64,000 bases of DNA, taken from positions 40,192-104,191 of the forward strand of contig JACJZB010000006.1 of NCBI GenBank assembly GCA_020635815.1, given 5' to 3'. This DNA is from Flavobacteriales bacterium (GTDB lineage: Bacteria > Bacteroidota > Bacteroidia > Flavobacteriales_E > Vicingaceae). The translations under genes and the position numbers were made by a program. The notes beneath the pieces are model-generated. The model was not told where the DNA came from. It made no database searches and worked only from the letters and a program-made list of their open reading frames with translations. The first letter of the stretch is position 1, and every line of letters starts with the position of its first letter. Below are positions 22,083 through 32,049 of this stretch, piece after piece.

Positions 22083-22188
22083 CTTTTTAAGCTTAACATT
22101 TTTTAACAAAAAAATCACACTAACCCCTTTACAGATAACGTTTTGAGGCTAAACTTTGTATTAAGTTTAACATCTAAAATCTGTAAAA

Positions 22189-23646
22189 ATGAAAAAATTG
22201 ATTAAACCTACCCTCGCATTAGTTGGATTATTAACCCTTAGCGGAATTCTCTCAATTTCTTTCTATAAAGCACTAGCTAAAGAAGAAAAAGTTAAAATAA
22301 TCGAAAAGACTTTACCTCCACAGCCTTTGTTAACATCAAATAAAGCTGTTGCAGGGTTTGCAAACCTTGAATATGCTGCAGAAATGAGTATAAACTCTGT
22401 AGTTCATATTAAAACAAAAACAGAAGTAAGAAGACAAACTGACCCTTTATTAGAATTTTTTTATGGAAGACCGCAACAATTATCTCCTCGAGAGGTTCAG
22501 GCTTCAGGTTCAGGTGTAATCATTTCTAATGATGGTTACATAGTGACTAACAATCATGTTGTAGAAGGAGCAAACGAGATAGAAATAGTATTAAATAATA
22601 AAAAATCGTTTACAGCAGAGTTAATTGGTAGCGACCCTAACACCGATATTGCTTTATTAAAGATAGAAAGTAACGACTTACCTCACATACAATATGGAAA
22701 TTCAAACAACTTGAAAATTGGAGAATGGGTGCTTGCTGTAGGAAATCCTTTTAACTTAACCTCTACAGTTACGGCTGGAATTGTAAGTGCAAAAGGAAGA
22801 GATATTAACATCTTAAAAAATGACCCATATACTGGAATTTCTGCAATAGAATCATTTATACAAACTGATGCAGCGGTAAATCCAGGAAATAGTGGTGGTG
22901 CTTTGGTAAATACTAATGGAGAGTTGATTGGAATAAATACAGCAATTCAATCAAATACTGGCTCATACACTGGTTATTCTTTTGCAATACCTGTAAATAT
23001 TGTAAAAAAAGTAGTTAGTGACTTAAAAGAGTTTGGAACTGTTCAGCGTGCTTTTATTGGTGTTAGCATAGCAAATATTGATGAGGAATTAGCTAAAAAA
23101 TTAGAAGTTTCAGACTTGTCTGGCGTTTATGTGAATGATGTAACTAAAAATGGTTCTGCCGCAAAAGCTGGAATTAAAAATGGTGATATCATAAAAAAGA
23201 TTGGTAATAAAACTATAAGTGATGTTCCTGAATTACAAGAACAAATTGGACAATTTAGACCTGGTGATAAAATCTCTATTACTTTATTAAGAGAGAATAA
23301 AGAAATAGAAATTTCTTTAACACTAAAAAATCTAAATGGAGATGAAGGGATTATAAATAGCACAGAGAATGAAATTTTTAAAAAATTAGGGGTTCAACTT
23401 GTTGAACTAAGCCAAAAAGAATTAAAAAAACTAGACTTAGATAATGGGGTTAAAATAATACAATTGTACAATGGCAAACTTCGTTCTATTGGCATAAATG
23501 AAGGATTCATTATTACAAAAATTAATCATCAAAAGGTAAGTACCGTAAAAGATGTTTATGATGCTTTATCTAATATAAAAGGAGGAGTACTAATGGAAGG
23601 GTTATATGAAAATGGCAGAAAAGAGTACTACGGATTTGGACTATAA
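22189..23646 (+). CDS. htrA: Do/HtrA (DegP/DegQ) serine protease with two PDZ domains
   Basis: TNNHV, DIAL and GNSGG triad motifs. Confidence 0.92.
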   Translation: MKKLIKPTLALVGLLTLSGILSISFYKALAKEEKVKIIEKTLPPQPLLTSNKAVAGFANLEYAAEMSINSVVHIKTKTEVRRQTDPLLEFFYGRPQQLSPREVQASGSGVIISNDGYIVTNNHVVEGANEIEIVLNNKKSFTAELIGSDPNTDIALLKIESNDLPHIQYGNSNNLKIGEWVLAVGNPFNLTSTVTAGIVSAKGRDINILKNDPYTGISAIESFIQTDAAVNPGNSGGALVNTNGELIGINTAIQSNTGSYTGYSFAIPVNIVKKVVSDLKEFGTVQRAFIGVSIANIDEELAKKLEVSDLSGVYVNDVTKNGSAAKAGIKNGDIIKKIGNKTISDVPELQEQIGQFRPGDKISITLLRENKEIEISLTLKNLNGDEGIINSTENEIFKKLGVQLVELSQKELKKLDLDNGVKIIQLYNGKLRSIGINEGFIITKINHQKVSTVKDVYDALSNIKGGVLMEGLYENGRKEYYGFGL

Positions 23647-23696
23647 CGCAATAATAATGTGTCGTCCTGAAATAGGTTGACAGTTTTTAAATAAAA

Positions 23697-24515
23697 TTAA
23701 TTTAAACCGAAGAGGATATCCTCTTCGGTTTTTTCGTGTACAAAATTAGGTGTTTTCATGTTTAAACTCAAATGAGGTCTTTTATTATTGTAAGTATCAA
23801 TTGATTCATTTATTAATAATTCTAATTCTTTACCTGAATTACATTTTTCTATCAAGAATTCTTGTTTTAATATTCCATTTATCCTTTCTGCTAAAGCATT
23901 TTGATAACAATCATAACCATCAGTCATTGATGGAGTTATTGCGTTTCGTTTCAACTCTGTTTGATAGACTTCAGAGGCGTACTGTAACCCTCTATCAGAA
24001 TGATGTATTAATGGCTTCTTAGATTTTCGTCTTTTAACAGCGATCTTTAATGCTTTTACAACATTTTCAGCACTCATATCATCACTTAGTTTATGACCAA
24101 CTATTTTCCTACTATAAGCATCTGTTATTAACGATAGATAATGTGTTTTTTCTCTACTTTTTATATAAGTAATATCACTTACATAAAACTGTTCTGGACG
24201 CTTTGGTTTTCTTTCTTTCATTAAATTCGGGTGTTTAGTTAACCAATGTTTTGAGTGAGTTGTTTTAGTATAATTCTTCTTCGGTTTTACGAGCATGTGC
24301 TCTGAGCGTAAGTAATCAAACAAAGCATCTCTGCCTATTTTTATATTCTTCTGTTTAAAATCTTCTTTTAATAAATAATATAGTTTTCGTGTTCCTATCC
24401 GAGGCATCTCCATTCTTATTTCTTGTACCAACGGTTTTACTTGTGATAATTCTTTTACTCGTTTTGCTGATCTGTTTTTTGCTTGATAAATAGCCTGTCT
24501 ACTTACCCCAAACAA
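23697..24515 (-). CDS. IS3 OrfB DDE transposase (probably fused to OrfA by -1 frameshift)
   Basis: VSDITY, HHSDRGLQY, NALAERINGILK and YNNKRPH; frame is open upstream into the orfA end. Confidence 0.92.
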   Translation of the reverse strand: MFGVSRQAIYQAKNRSAKRVKELSQVKPLVQEIRMEMPRIGTRKLYYLLKEDFKQKNIKIGRDALFDYLRSEHMLVKPKKNYTKTTHSKHWLTKHPNLMKERKPKRPEQFYVSDITYIKSREKTHYLSLITDAYSRKIVGHKLSDDMSAENVVKALKIAVKRRKSKKPLIHHSDRGLQYASEVYQTELKRNAITPSMTDGYDCYQNALAERINGILKQEFLIEKCNSGKELELLINESIDTYNNKRPHLSLNMKTPNFVHEKTEEDILFGLN

Positions 24516-24535
24516 TCGAGAGTATTGAGATATAT

Positions 24536-24937
24536 TTACTTTTCTCCTTTGTCTCTTTTCAAAGATTGTTTGGGTAAATACTTTTTTCGCAAGCCTGCTC
24601 CATATTTATTGTCAAATACATCAATCATTTCATTGAGTATCTCATTTTTTAGCTGCTCGTCTTCTAATTGCTTTTCTAAACGCTTAATCTTTTGAGCTGG
24701 TGTTTCTTTTTGTTTGGGACTAGACATTATATGAATGTTTGGTTTATTCCAGTCTAAATTACCATGTTTTCTTAACCAAACCAAAACTGTGCTCCTGCCT
24801 TGTATCCCATAAGCCTTCTGAGCTTGTTTGTAGGTCATCTCACCCTTTTCTACTTGGGAAACTACAGCCAATTTAAAGCCTAAGTTATAATCGCGTTGAC
24901 TTCGCTTTTGCTTTGTCTTTAATACTTCTTTCATCAA
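24536..24937 (-). CDS. IS3 OrfA (HTH + leucine zipper)
   Basis: Y..GFKLAVV...YGIQGRSTVLVWLRKHG. Confidence 0.88.
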   Translation of the reverse strand: MMKEVLKTKQKRSQRDYNLGFKLAVVSQVEKGEMTYKQAQKAYGIQGRSTVLVWLRKHGNLDWNKPNIHIMSSPKQKETPAQKIKRLEKQLEDEQLKNEILNEMIDVFDNKYGAGLRKKYLPKQSLKRDKGEK

Positions 24938-25007
24938 TAAGTCGATTTTGTGTCAACTTATTTCAGGACGGGACATTTATTTAGATTTAAAAGGCTGCAA
25001 AAATATT

Positions 25008-25095
25008 GGGAATTATGTACAATTAACACGTAATCCTATTTACGAGGCTTAAAAATTAAAAAAGCACTTCAAATTTTGAAGTGCTTTTTTTGTAT
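25008..25095 (+). repeat. Left terminal inverted repeat
   Basis: GGGAATTATGTACAATTAACACGTAA...AAAAAGCACTTCAAATTTTGAAGTGCTTTTTTTGTAT. Confidence 0.93.
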
Positions 25096-25120
25096 ATTAG
25101 TTTTTTTAAGCTATTTAACT

Positions 25121-25408
25121 ATGAGAGATATTCCAAATATTACTTACAAGGAAGAAATGACCAAAGAAGATTTGGTTAAAGAAATTAATAACAGATTGCA
25201 TATTATTAACAAAAGACAACAATTATTTGATGATAGGCTTGATAAAATACATCATTCCTTGAATAGTATTAGCAATACTTTGAACGAGCTAAGCGAGAAT
25301 TCAATTACAAGAACTGAGTTCAAAAAAGAGATGAGTGAGCTTAAAGAGTGGATGAAAGAATGGATGGAGAAAATTAATGATAAGCTTGATGATTTAGAGG
25401 GTAACTAA
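25121..25408 (+). CDS. Hypothetical coiled-coil protein
   Basis: ATG 25121 MRDIPNITY...; heptad-rich; the ORF-track start lies inside the TIR hairpin. Confidence 0.6.
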   Translation: MRDIPNITYKEEMTKEDLVKEINNRLHIINKRQQLFDDRLDKIHHSLNSISNTLNELSENSITRTEFKKEMSELKEWMKEWMEKINDKLDDLEGN

Positions 25409-25433
25409 CGTTATCTCAATAATAGTTTTAAAC

Positions 25434-25673
25434 TTACCACTCAGCAATAATTTTCTGAACTTCTATCAATTTACTTTCATTGTCCCTGAAATCCTGCATT
25501 ATGATATTTTCTATTTTAGTTAAAGCATTTTCAGCTCTTATTTTATCTTCTTCAAGTTTCTCGGCATGAAACAATAAATTAAAATTTTTAGGAAGACCAT
25601 AATTATTCTCATAATTTGATTCAAATAACAATCCTTTTAATTCTTCTTTTATTATTTCCTTGACCCTATTCAT
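25434..25673 (-). CDS. Hypothetical small protein (phage-like N-terminus)
   Basis: 79-aa ATG ORF preceded by the CTACCTATTTATA motif. Confidence 0.55.
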   Translation of the reverse strand: MNRVKEIIKEELKGLLFESNYENNYGLPKNFNLLFHAEKLEEDKIRAENALTKIENIIMQDFRDNESKLIEVQKIIAEW

Positions 25674-25794
25674 TATGTATAAATAGGTAGAAAAAATATT
25701 TAAGCAGTTATATATGTGGTAATAATTTACTATTGTAAAATGATAAGTTTTTTTTTATTTCAACTATTTATAAATTGAAAGACTAAAGTTATAA

Positions 25795-25950
25795 ATGGAA
25801 GCTTATTTAATAATTGATATAAAAAGGTGGGATTTAATTCCAAAATTAAATCAATATAAGCAAGAGGTTACGAGTAGAACTCTCTCTGGTAGATACTATA
25901 AATTAAGAGTATTGTTTTTTGAATTTGTCTTAAGAATCGAACTCAATTAA
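25795..25950 (+). CDS. Hypothetical 51-aa protein (not in ORF track)
   Basis: MEAYLIIDIKRWDL...RIELN*, preceded by CTATTTATA. Confidence 0.35.
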   Translation: MEAYLIIDIKRWDLIPKLNQYKQEVTSRTLSGRYYKLRVLFFEFVLRIELN

Positions 25951-26133
25951 AACAGTTGTTACGACTATTGGTTTCCCACTAGATGTCATGGTTGTTGATT
26001 GAGACATGTGTGTTATTTTAAATATTTTGTTTTGTCCAATTTTTTCTCCAATTAAAGTATCTAGCTTCTTATGAATATTCAACCCTTCTATATTAGATGT
26101 TAGCTTGTGCGTAAAATGAAATATATCAACCAT
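25930..26133 (-). CDS. Hypothetical small protein, paralog of 34058-34276
   Basis: Directly downstream of transposase 1; shares the I..MSQS...LIE pattern. Confidence 0.65.
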   Translation of the reverse strand: MVDIFHFTHKLTSNIEGLNIHKKLDTLIGEKIGQNKIFKITHMSQSTTMTSSGKPIVVTTVLIEFDS

Positions 26134-26165
26134 AGTTATTTTTTTAATAAAAATAAAAAAAATAT

Positions 26166-27407
26166 TTAAGCAGCCATATATGAATATGAATCTATTGTTC
26201 CTCGTATTTCCTCATTTGTAATATTCTTTTTTAAACATTTTCCAAGAAGTTTTGAGAATCTCTGGCTATTTGTTAAGCTTCGGTTGTTATATCTGAAAGC
26301 AAACTCGTTTAAATATTTGTCGGTATGTCTATAAGAGAAGTGGAAGTATGTGCCATTTTCCATTTTCTTGAAATGACACCAAATGTTCTCTATGTGGTTT
26401 GTTGTTTTCATGTCATTCCCTTCACCTTCTGAATATAGAATTGGTGTATAATCTCCTTTTTCCCTTGAGTGAATAATTACATCATGTTTTCTGAAATGGT
26501 TTTTCACATCATTATAAGCAGGGTGACCATCAGTCATTATCTTTGCACTTTTATCTATGTGCTTTTTTAGAAGAGGCATCATGTTAATTCCATTAATATC
26601 AGCTTTATGTCTTCCCATTTTCTTCAGTAATAATTTCCCTTGTTTTACCAATACACCATCTGAATTATAAATATCTCTTTCAATCAATCCAACTATATTC
26701 TTTTTATAATGAATCTTTTGGTGGTGTAAATTTCTGGTATATTTATCTTCTATTAGAGGTCTGTTATATGCAGGAACATCTTTAAGGAGTTCTTCTAATT
26801 TACTTTCTTTTTGAGTACTAGGTTTTCCTGTTTTCTTTGCATATTTTGCTTCTCGCTTTAATCTGTTTTCTTTTTCTTTTTTCCCTTCTAACCCCCAGTG
26901 TATGCGTTCCAAATTTCTTTTATAAATTTTATAGGCTAATTTTTTATCTCTATTTAGTTTAGCTCCAGCAAAAGTTTCATCAATTTCTACAATTCCAAAC
27001 AATGTCCCTTCATTCTCATCATCAAGAGCTTCTTTAATTTTATGAGACATAGACAATGCTGTTTTGTAGCTAACATCTATTTTTTCTGAAAGAGCAACAG
27101 AAGAAATCCCTCTTTTAGAATTAGCTATTTCATATATAGCAACAAACCAGTCAATTAATGGTACGTTTGAACCTTGAAAAATGGTTCCTGTTTTAACTGA
27201 AAAATTCTTTTGACATTTAGAACATCTAAATATCTTTCTATCTACATTATAATTGTTATTGTGAGGGTTGCTACAATTTTCACCTGAACAAGTTGGTATT
27301 CCGTTCCATTTAAGGTCGACTAAAAATTGAATACATTTTTCTTCTGTGTTAAGGGTCTTTATAAGGCGTACAATACTTTTAAAATTTTCCATAGGATGCA
27401 GAAGCAT
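26166..27407 (-). CDS. IS1595-family transposase 1
   Basis: Zn ribbon (C..C...CSKC), TGTIF, HTH, VEIDETF, IMTDG, NHIENIW, LNEFAFRYN; alternative start at 27392. Confidence 0.92.
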   Translation of the reverse strand: MLLHPMENFKSIVRLIKTLNTEEKCIQFLVDLKWNGIPTCSGENCSNPHNNNYNVDRKIFRCSKCQKNFSVKTGTIFQGSNVPLIDWFVAIYEIANSKRGISSVALSEKIDVSYKTALSMSHKIKEALDDENEGTLFGIVEIDETFAGAKLNRDKKLAYKIYKRNLERIHWGLEGKKEKENRLKREAKYAKKTGKPSTQKESKLEELLKDVPAYNRPLIEDKYTRNLHHQKIHYKKNIVGLIERDIYNSDGVLVKQGKLLLKKMGRHKADINGINMMPLLKKHIDKSAKIMTDGHPAYNDVKNHFRKHDVIIHSREKGDYTPILYSEGEGNDMKTTNHIENIWCHFKKMENGTYFHFSYRHTDKYLNEFAFRYNNRSLTNSQRFSKLLGKCLKKNITNEEIRGTIDSYSYMAA

Positions 27408-27589
27408 CTTGGAGGAGGGCTATTAGAGGTTATTTTTTGCTTGTTATTCATACATTATATATAAACTTTTCTTTTAAAAGTTACAAAGTTGCCTGTAGCT
27501 CAATAATATCAATATATTTACATGAAAAGAGTTTTAAAAGTTTACAAATAGCATCTTCTATCTACATTATAAAAACAAATCTTTTGACT

Positions 27590-27597
27590 TATATTTG
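27590..27597 (+). promoter_or_regulatory. Bacteroidota -7 promoter element for ECF sigma operon
   Basis: TATATTTG matches TAnnTTTG, 14 nt before the TTG start. Confidence 0.5.
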
Positions 27598-27611
27598 TTC
27601 TTTCTTATAAT

Positions 27612-28181
27612 TTGAGTTTACACCTCCAAAATATCATCAAACAAATAAAACTTGGTAACGAGCAACCTTTAATTGACTTATATAAATTATATCGCAATGA
27701 ATTTGTTGTATGGTCTTGCAAAGAATTTGGTGCAAATGAAGAACAAGCAAAAGATGCCTTTCAAGAAGCCATTTTAGATTTTAATGATAATATAATTCGA
27801 GGGTATTTAACAGAATTTTCATCTTCAGTAAAAACTTATTTATTTCAAATAGGCAAGCACAAAGTCATTAATTTAATAAAAAAAGAAAGCAAAATTACTT
27901 ACAATGACAATCTTCAGTTGATTAAGGGCAACGAATATGAAGATTATATGGATGATGAAAATAAAGCTTATACCCAAGAGCAAATAAGTTCTGCCATAAA
28001 TAAATTGCCAGAAGATTGTCAGAAAGTATTAAAGTTACACTACTTTAATGAGTACGATATGGGTAGCATTGCCCGTGAAATGGAATACAAAAATGCAGAT
28101 ACTGCTAAATCTAAGAAATCAGTCTGCATGAAAAGATTAATAACTGAATTAAATAAGTTCTCAAAAATTTTATTGTTTTGA
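27612..28181 (+). CDS. ECF-type RNA polymerase sigma factor
   Basis: AKDAFQEA and TYLFQIGK (region 2); LPEDCQKVLKLHY..M..IA (region 4). Confidence 0.9.
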   Translation: MSLHLQNIIKQIKLGNEQPLIDLYKLYRNEFVVWSCKEFGANEEQAKDAFQEAILDFNDNIIRGYLTEFSSSVKTYLFQIGKHKVINLIKKESKITYNDNLQLIKGNEYEDYMDDENKAYTQEQISSAINKLPEDCQKVLKLHYFNEYDMGSIAREMEYKNADTAKSKKSVCMKRLITELNKFSKILLF

Positions 28182-28903
28182 TGGAACAATCATTTGAACA
28201 TATTGAATTATTTGAAGCTTACCATTCAAAAACGCTGACAGGTAAAGAATTGCTTGAATTTGAAGCTAGATTAAGTTACGACCAAGAGTTTAGAGAGGAA
28301 TTTAATCGTTTTCAAAAATTAGAAGAAGGTATTAAACAACATTTTAGAGGCGAATTAAAAAATAAACTTAATCAAGTTGATAAAGAACTTAAAAACGATG
28401 TTATTTCCATTTCACCACCAAAAAAAGCTAAAAAATTATGTTGGATTTCAGCAGTTGCAGCTTCATTAATAATAGGAATATTCTTATTTAATTTTTATTA
28501 TTCTGAAAATAATCATAGCCAATTAGCTCAGCAATATTGGCCGATTGAAGAAGGTTTGCCAGTAAAAATGAGTACAAAAGGTATTTATGATGATGTCATG
28601 AATGCTTACAAACAAAAGCAGTGGCAAGAAGCAGAAGATTTATTGCTAACAATTAACTCAGATACGGCTAATTATTTTTTAGGCGTAATTAATTACCAAC
28701 AACAAGATTATTCAACATCAATAAACTATTTAGAGAAAATTCCTACAACTTCATTTTGGAATGAAGAAAGTGAATTTAGATTGGCATTAACTTATCTATC
28801 ACTAAATAATGTTGAAGAAGCAAAAATAATGTTGATTACAATATCTGGTTCTCCATCCAATTTATATAAAGAAAAAGCCATGGAGCTTTTAGATAAAATT
28901 TAA
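28178..28903 (+). CDS. Putative anti-sigma factor (N-terminal ASD-like, TM helix, periplasmic TPR)
   Basis: Overlaps the sigma stop; IELFEAY...FEARL..D motif, WISAVAAS TM helix, TPR C-terminus. Confidence 0.75.
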   Translation: MMEQSFEHIELFEAYHSKTLTGKELLEFEARLSYDQEFREEFNRFQKLEEGIKQHFRGELKNKLNQVDKELKNDVISISPPKKAKKLCWISAVAASLIIGIFLFNFYYSENNHSQLAQQYWPIEEGLPVKMSTKGIYDDVMNAYKQKQWQEAEDLLLTINSDTANYFLGVINYQQQDYSTSINYLEKIPTTSFWNEESEFRLALTYLSLNNVEEAKIMLITISGSPSNLYKEKAMELLDKI

Positions 28904-30042
28904 TTAATAAGTTCTCCTGCCCAAAGTTTTTCAAGAAATATTGCCCAAGGCATAATCCAAATATTACCGTGTTTTCTGGCTAAAGTTTCATTACAAATTA
29001 AAATGGAATGTTTCACTTTATATTCTTCCATAAAACTTTTTAATCCTTTTAAATGTCTTTCATTTATTTTATCTGAAGATTTTACTTCTATGGCAACTTC
29101 GTGATTTCCCAAGACAAAATCAATTTCTATTTGTGAGGCTGTTCGCCAATAACTGATGGAGTAATCTAAACCTGTATAGCTACTGTGGGCATACAACTCC
29201 TGATAGATAAAATGTTCAAAAGCGTTTCCAAATACTTCACTTCCTTTTACAATAGCCCCCCTTTTTAAAAGATGATTAACTACTCCTATATCAAAGTAAT
29301 AAAATTTAGGTGCAGTTATTACTCTTCGTTTTGGTTTTTTCTGATATGCAGGCACAAATCTTCCAATTAAGGTGTCTTGCAAAATTTGAAAATACTCTTT
29401 AATTGTAGGTGCAGAAACGCCACAATCTGCAGCAATGTTGGCATAATTTACCATTTCTCCATTACTAAAAGCAGCAGCTTCTAAAAACTGAGAGAAAACA
29501 TGCACATTTCGGATTTTTGCCTCTCCTACAATTTCATCTCTTAAATAATTACCAACATAAGCCGAAATCATTTTTGTAGGATTATCTGCCAAGTAATGTC
29601 GTGGCAATAACCCATGATTTAATGCTCTAATTAAATTAAAATTGGGTATTTCTTGGCTGATAAGCGGAAAAAGTTCATAACGCAAAGCTCTTCCTCCAAG
29701 CAAGTTTGCACCTGAACGTAAAATTTTTCGGGCACTTGAACCACTCATAATAAATTGCGTATTGGTATTTGTAATCAGCCAATGTATTTCGTTTAGCAAT
29801 TCAGGTATTCGTTGAATTTCATCAACAACAATTGTTTTTTTATCAGCATTACCCAAAACCGTTTCACGGAGTAAGGTTGGGTTATTAACTAAACGTTGGT
29901 AAACATCTGCCATTAATAAATCGAACCACAAAGCGTTCGGGTACATTTGTTTTAACAATGTGCTTTTTCCTGTTTGTCTTGCACCCCACAAAAACAAGCT
30001 TTCGCTATGTGAATCGTGTAATATTTGCTTTCTGTTAAACAT
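28900..30042 (-). CDS. AAA_14 ATPase with DUF4143 / PD-(D/E)XK C-terminus
   Basis: GARQTGKS, VVDEIQ, SGSS, PKFYYFDIG and EIDFV...IEVK. Confidence 0.9.
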   Translation of the reverse strand: MFNRKQILHDSHSESLFLWGARQTGKSTLLKQMYPNALWFDLLMADVYQRLVNNPTLLRETVLGNADKKTIVVDEIQRIPELLNEIHWLITNTNTQFIMSGSSARKILRSGANLLGGRALRYELFPLISQEIPNFNLIRALNHGLLPRHYLADNPTKMISAYVGNYLRDEIVGEAKIRNVHVFSQFLEAAAFSNGEMVNYANIAADCGVSAPTIKEYFQILQDTLIGRFVPAYQKKPKRRVITAPKFYYFDIGVVNHLLKRGAIVKGSEVFGNAFEHFIYQELYAHSSYTGLDYSISYWRTASQIEIDFVLGNHEVAIEVKSSDKINERHLKGLKSFMEEYKVKHSILICNETLARKHGNIWIMPWAIFLEKLWAGELIN

Positions 30043-30222
30043 ATTTTCTTTTTATTATTGCATGATAAAATAAATATACACTTTACATTATCATGATAAA
30101 CAAAAGTAATGATTTGTATTTGCCTAACCAACTAAACTATTCTATTATTTTTTTATACTTATCACTTACCTTTTCATTTTTGAACTGATTAAGGGGGTAA
30201 ATATTAACTAAAAACAAAAATT

Positions 30223-30420
30223 ATGGCTATTGAATTAAAAGATTTTATTGTAGAAGTAAGCATGGACGAAAATGGGCAAATTATATTCATCATTAAAATT
30301 AAAGAGAATAATGATTTTGTGCTTGTTCCGGCTGAAATTGTTGAAGAAACTGAAAACGGTTATAAAATATGCTTTATATACAAAGAAGAAAAGAAATGTT
30401 TAACGATTAAGATAGATTAA
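30223..30420 (+). CDS. Hypothetical small protein
   Basis: 65-aa ATG ORF with A-rich leader, first gene of the cargo operon. Confidence 0.55.
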   Translation: MAIELKDFIVEVSMDENGQIIFIIKIKENNDFVLVPAEIVEETENGYKICFIYKEEKKCLTIKID

Positions 30421-30423
30421 AGA

Positions 30424-30588
30424 ATGAACGAATTAATAGAATGGCTTGTTGCAGAATTAGAACAAGCTGAAAAAGAAAAAGGCTCTGCTCAACAAAACAA
30501 TAACAATAAACATTTATTTGAAGTTAAAGGAAAAATTACAGCACTTAACCATGTTAAAAAGAAAATAGAAGAAATTATTAATCATTAA
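30424..30588 (+). CDS. Hypothetical 54-aa helical protein (not in ORF track)
   Basis: MNELIEWLVAELEQAEKEKG...KIEEIINH*, packed tightly between neighbours. Confidence 0.5.
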   Translation: MNELIEWLVAELEQAEKEKGSAQQNNNNKHLFEVKGKITALNHVKKKIEEIINH

Positions 30589-30601
30589 AACTAGATAAAT
30601 T

Positions 30602-31894
30602 ATGAAAAAAATTACCTTTTTATTGTTGATAACATTCAGTTTATTATCCATAGATGCTAAATCCCAAGCATGGGCAAATGTAGGAGCGGGAATCCCCAAT
30701 GGTTCAATATACTCAATAAAAGAATATAATTCAGAATTAATTGTAGGAGGAGTATTTAATAATTCAGGAGGAATACAAGTAAGCAACATATCAAAATGGA
30801 ATGGGACTGTATGGTCAACTCTTGGTTCTGGAGTAAATGGGTCAGTACAATGTTTTGCTATTTTTAATAGTGATTTATATGTAGGGGGCGATTTTACTAT
30901 TGCTGGAGGTAACTCAAGTTATGGTATAGCTAAATGGAATGGTATGAGCTGGGTATCTATACCATCAATTTTAGGTACTTCTTCTACATATATTTATGCA
31001 TTGGAAGTATATAATAATGAACTATATGCTTCTGTAGGTTTATATGGTAGTGGAGGGACAACAGTATCTCTTTATAAATTTAATGGGTCATCATGGTCAG
31101 CTGTAGCAGCTGTCGGGAATGGTAGTTATGCACCATCTGTTAGCTCTTTAAAAGTGTATAATGGTGATTTGTATGTTGGTGGTGAATTCTCAACCGTTAA
31201 TGGTAGCTCGTTTAATAATATAGCAAAATGGAATGGTTCAACATGGTCCTCTGTTGGTACTGGTATACCATTATCAACAACATCTCATAATAGAAATATT
31301 TGGGATATGGAAATTTTTAATGGAGAATTATGCGTTGCAGGTGAGTTTAATTATGCTGATGGATTAGCTGTTAATAATATAGCAAAATGGGATGGTACAA
31401 ATTGGACTACAATGGGAACAGGTTGTAATTATACAATTATTGATTTAGAAGTATTTAATACCGACTTATGTGTTGGAGGCTACTATAATATAGAGAAATG
31501 GGATGGAACGAACTGGAGCACATTAGGTAATCAATTGTTTGTGACAGCACATGCTCTTTGTGCTTATAATAATGTGGTTTTTGCTGGCGGTTATAACTGG
31601 GACCAAGTGGTGAACAGTAGTACAATTTATAATATTGGGCAGTTGAGCAATTTGACAAGTATTAATGAAGAAAAAAAATCCAATTTATTAATTTACCCCA
31701 ACCCAACAACAGATATTCTAACCATAACTAACGCAAAAGGAAGCTATTTTGTAACTGACATTTATGGAAGAATGATTACAGTAATAAATATTAATACCGA
31801 TAACTATCAATTAAATACAAAGTCGTTTAGCTCAGGTATATATTTCATAATTTCTAAAGAAGATAATTCAAGTATTAAATTTATAAAACAATAA
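30602..31894 (+). CDS. Secreted beta-propeller-like protein with T9SS type A CTD
   Basis: Repeats LYVGG.F...NIAKWNG..W; C-terminal IYPNPT...SGIYFI...KFIKQ. Confidence 0.85.
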   Translation: MKKITFLLLITFSLLSIDAKSQAWANVGAGIPNGSIYSIKEYNSELIVGGVFNNSGGIQVSNISKWNGTVWSTLGSGVNGSVQCFAIFNSDLYVGGDFTIAGGNSSYGIAKWNGMSWVSIPSILGTSSTYIYALEVYNNELYASVGLYGSGGTTVSLYKFNGSSWSAVAAVGNGSYAPSVSSLKVYNGDLYVGGEFSTVNGSSFNNIAKWNGSTWSSVGTGIPLSTTSHNRNIWDMEIFNGELCVAGEFNYADGLAVNNIAKWDGTNWTTMGTGCNYTIIDLEVFNTDLCVGGYYNIEKWDGTNWSTLGNQLFVTAHALCAYNNVVFAGGYNWDQVVNSSTIYNIGQLSNLTSINEEKKSNLLIYPNPTTDILTITNAKGSYFVTDIYGRMITVININTDNYQLNTKSFSSGIYFIISKEDNSSIKFIKQ

Positions 31895-31896
31895 AT

Positions 31897-32046
31897 ATGG
31901 AAAGGTATAAAATAGAGTGTATAGAGAATACACAAATATCAAATGAAAAATTATTACAAACCTTAAATAAAGTAGGAAATAGTTATTCCTTAACCACTTC
32001 AATTGTGGCAAATAACTTCACGTATTTAATTTTTATTAAAAACTAA
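31897..32046 (+). CDS. Hypothetical 49-aa protein (not in ORF track)
   Basis: MERYKIECIENT...YLIFIKN* fills the gap between two operon genes exactly. Confidence 0.45.
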   Translation: MERYKIECIENTQISNEKLLQTLNKVGNSYSLTTSIVANNFTYLIFIKN

Positions 32047-32049
32047 CCT

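Larger units (their letters stand above)
23658..24975 (-). mobile_element. IS3-family insertion sequence
   Basis: 25-bp TIRs TGTGTCGTCCTGAAATAGGTTGACA / TGTCAACTTATTTCAGGACGGGACA (TG...CA ends); orfA + orfB. Confidence 0.92.

Noticed and set aside
24989-25007. Extending the TIR outward to AAAAGGCTGCA / TGTAGCCTTTT
   Set aside because: These are the arms of the pre-existing target hairpin; the 8-bp direct repeat fixes the ends at 25008 and 42104
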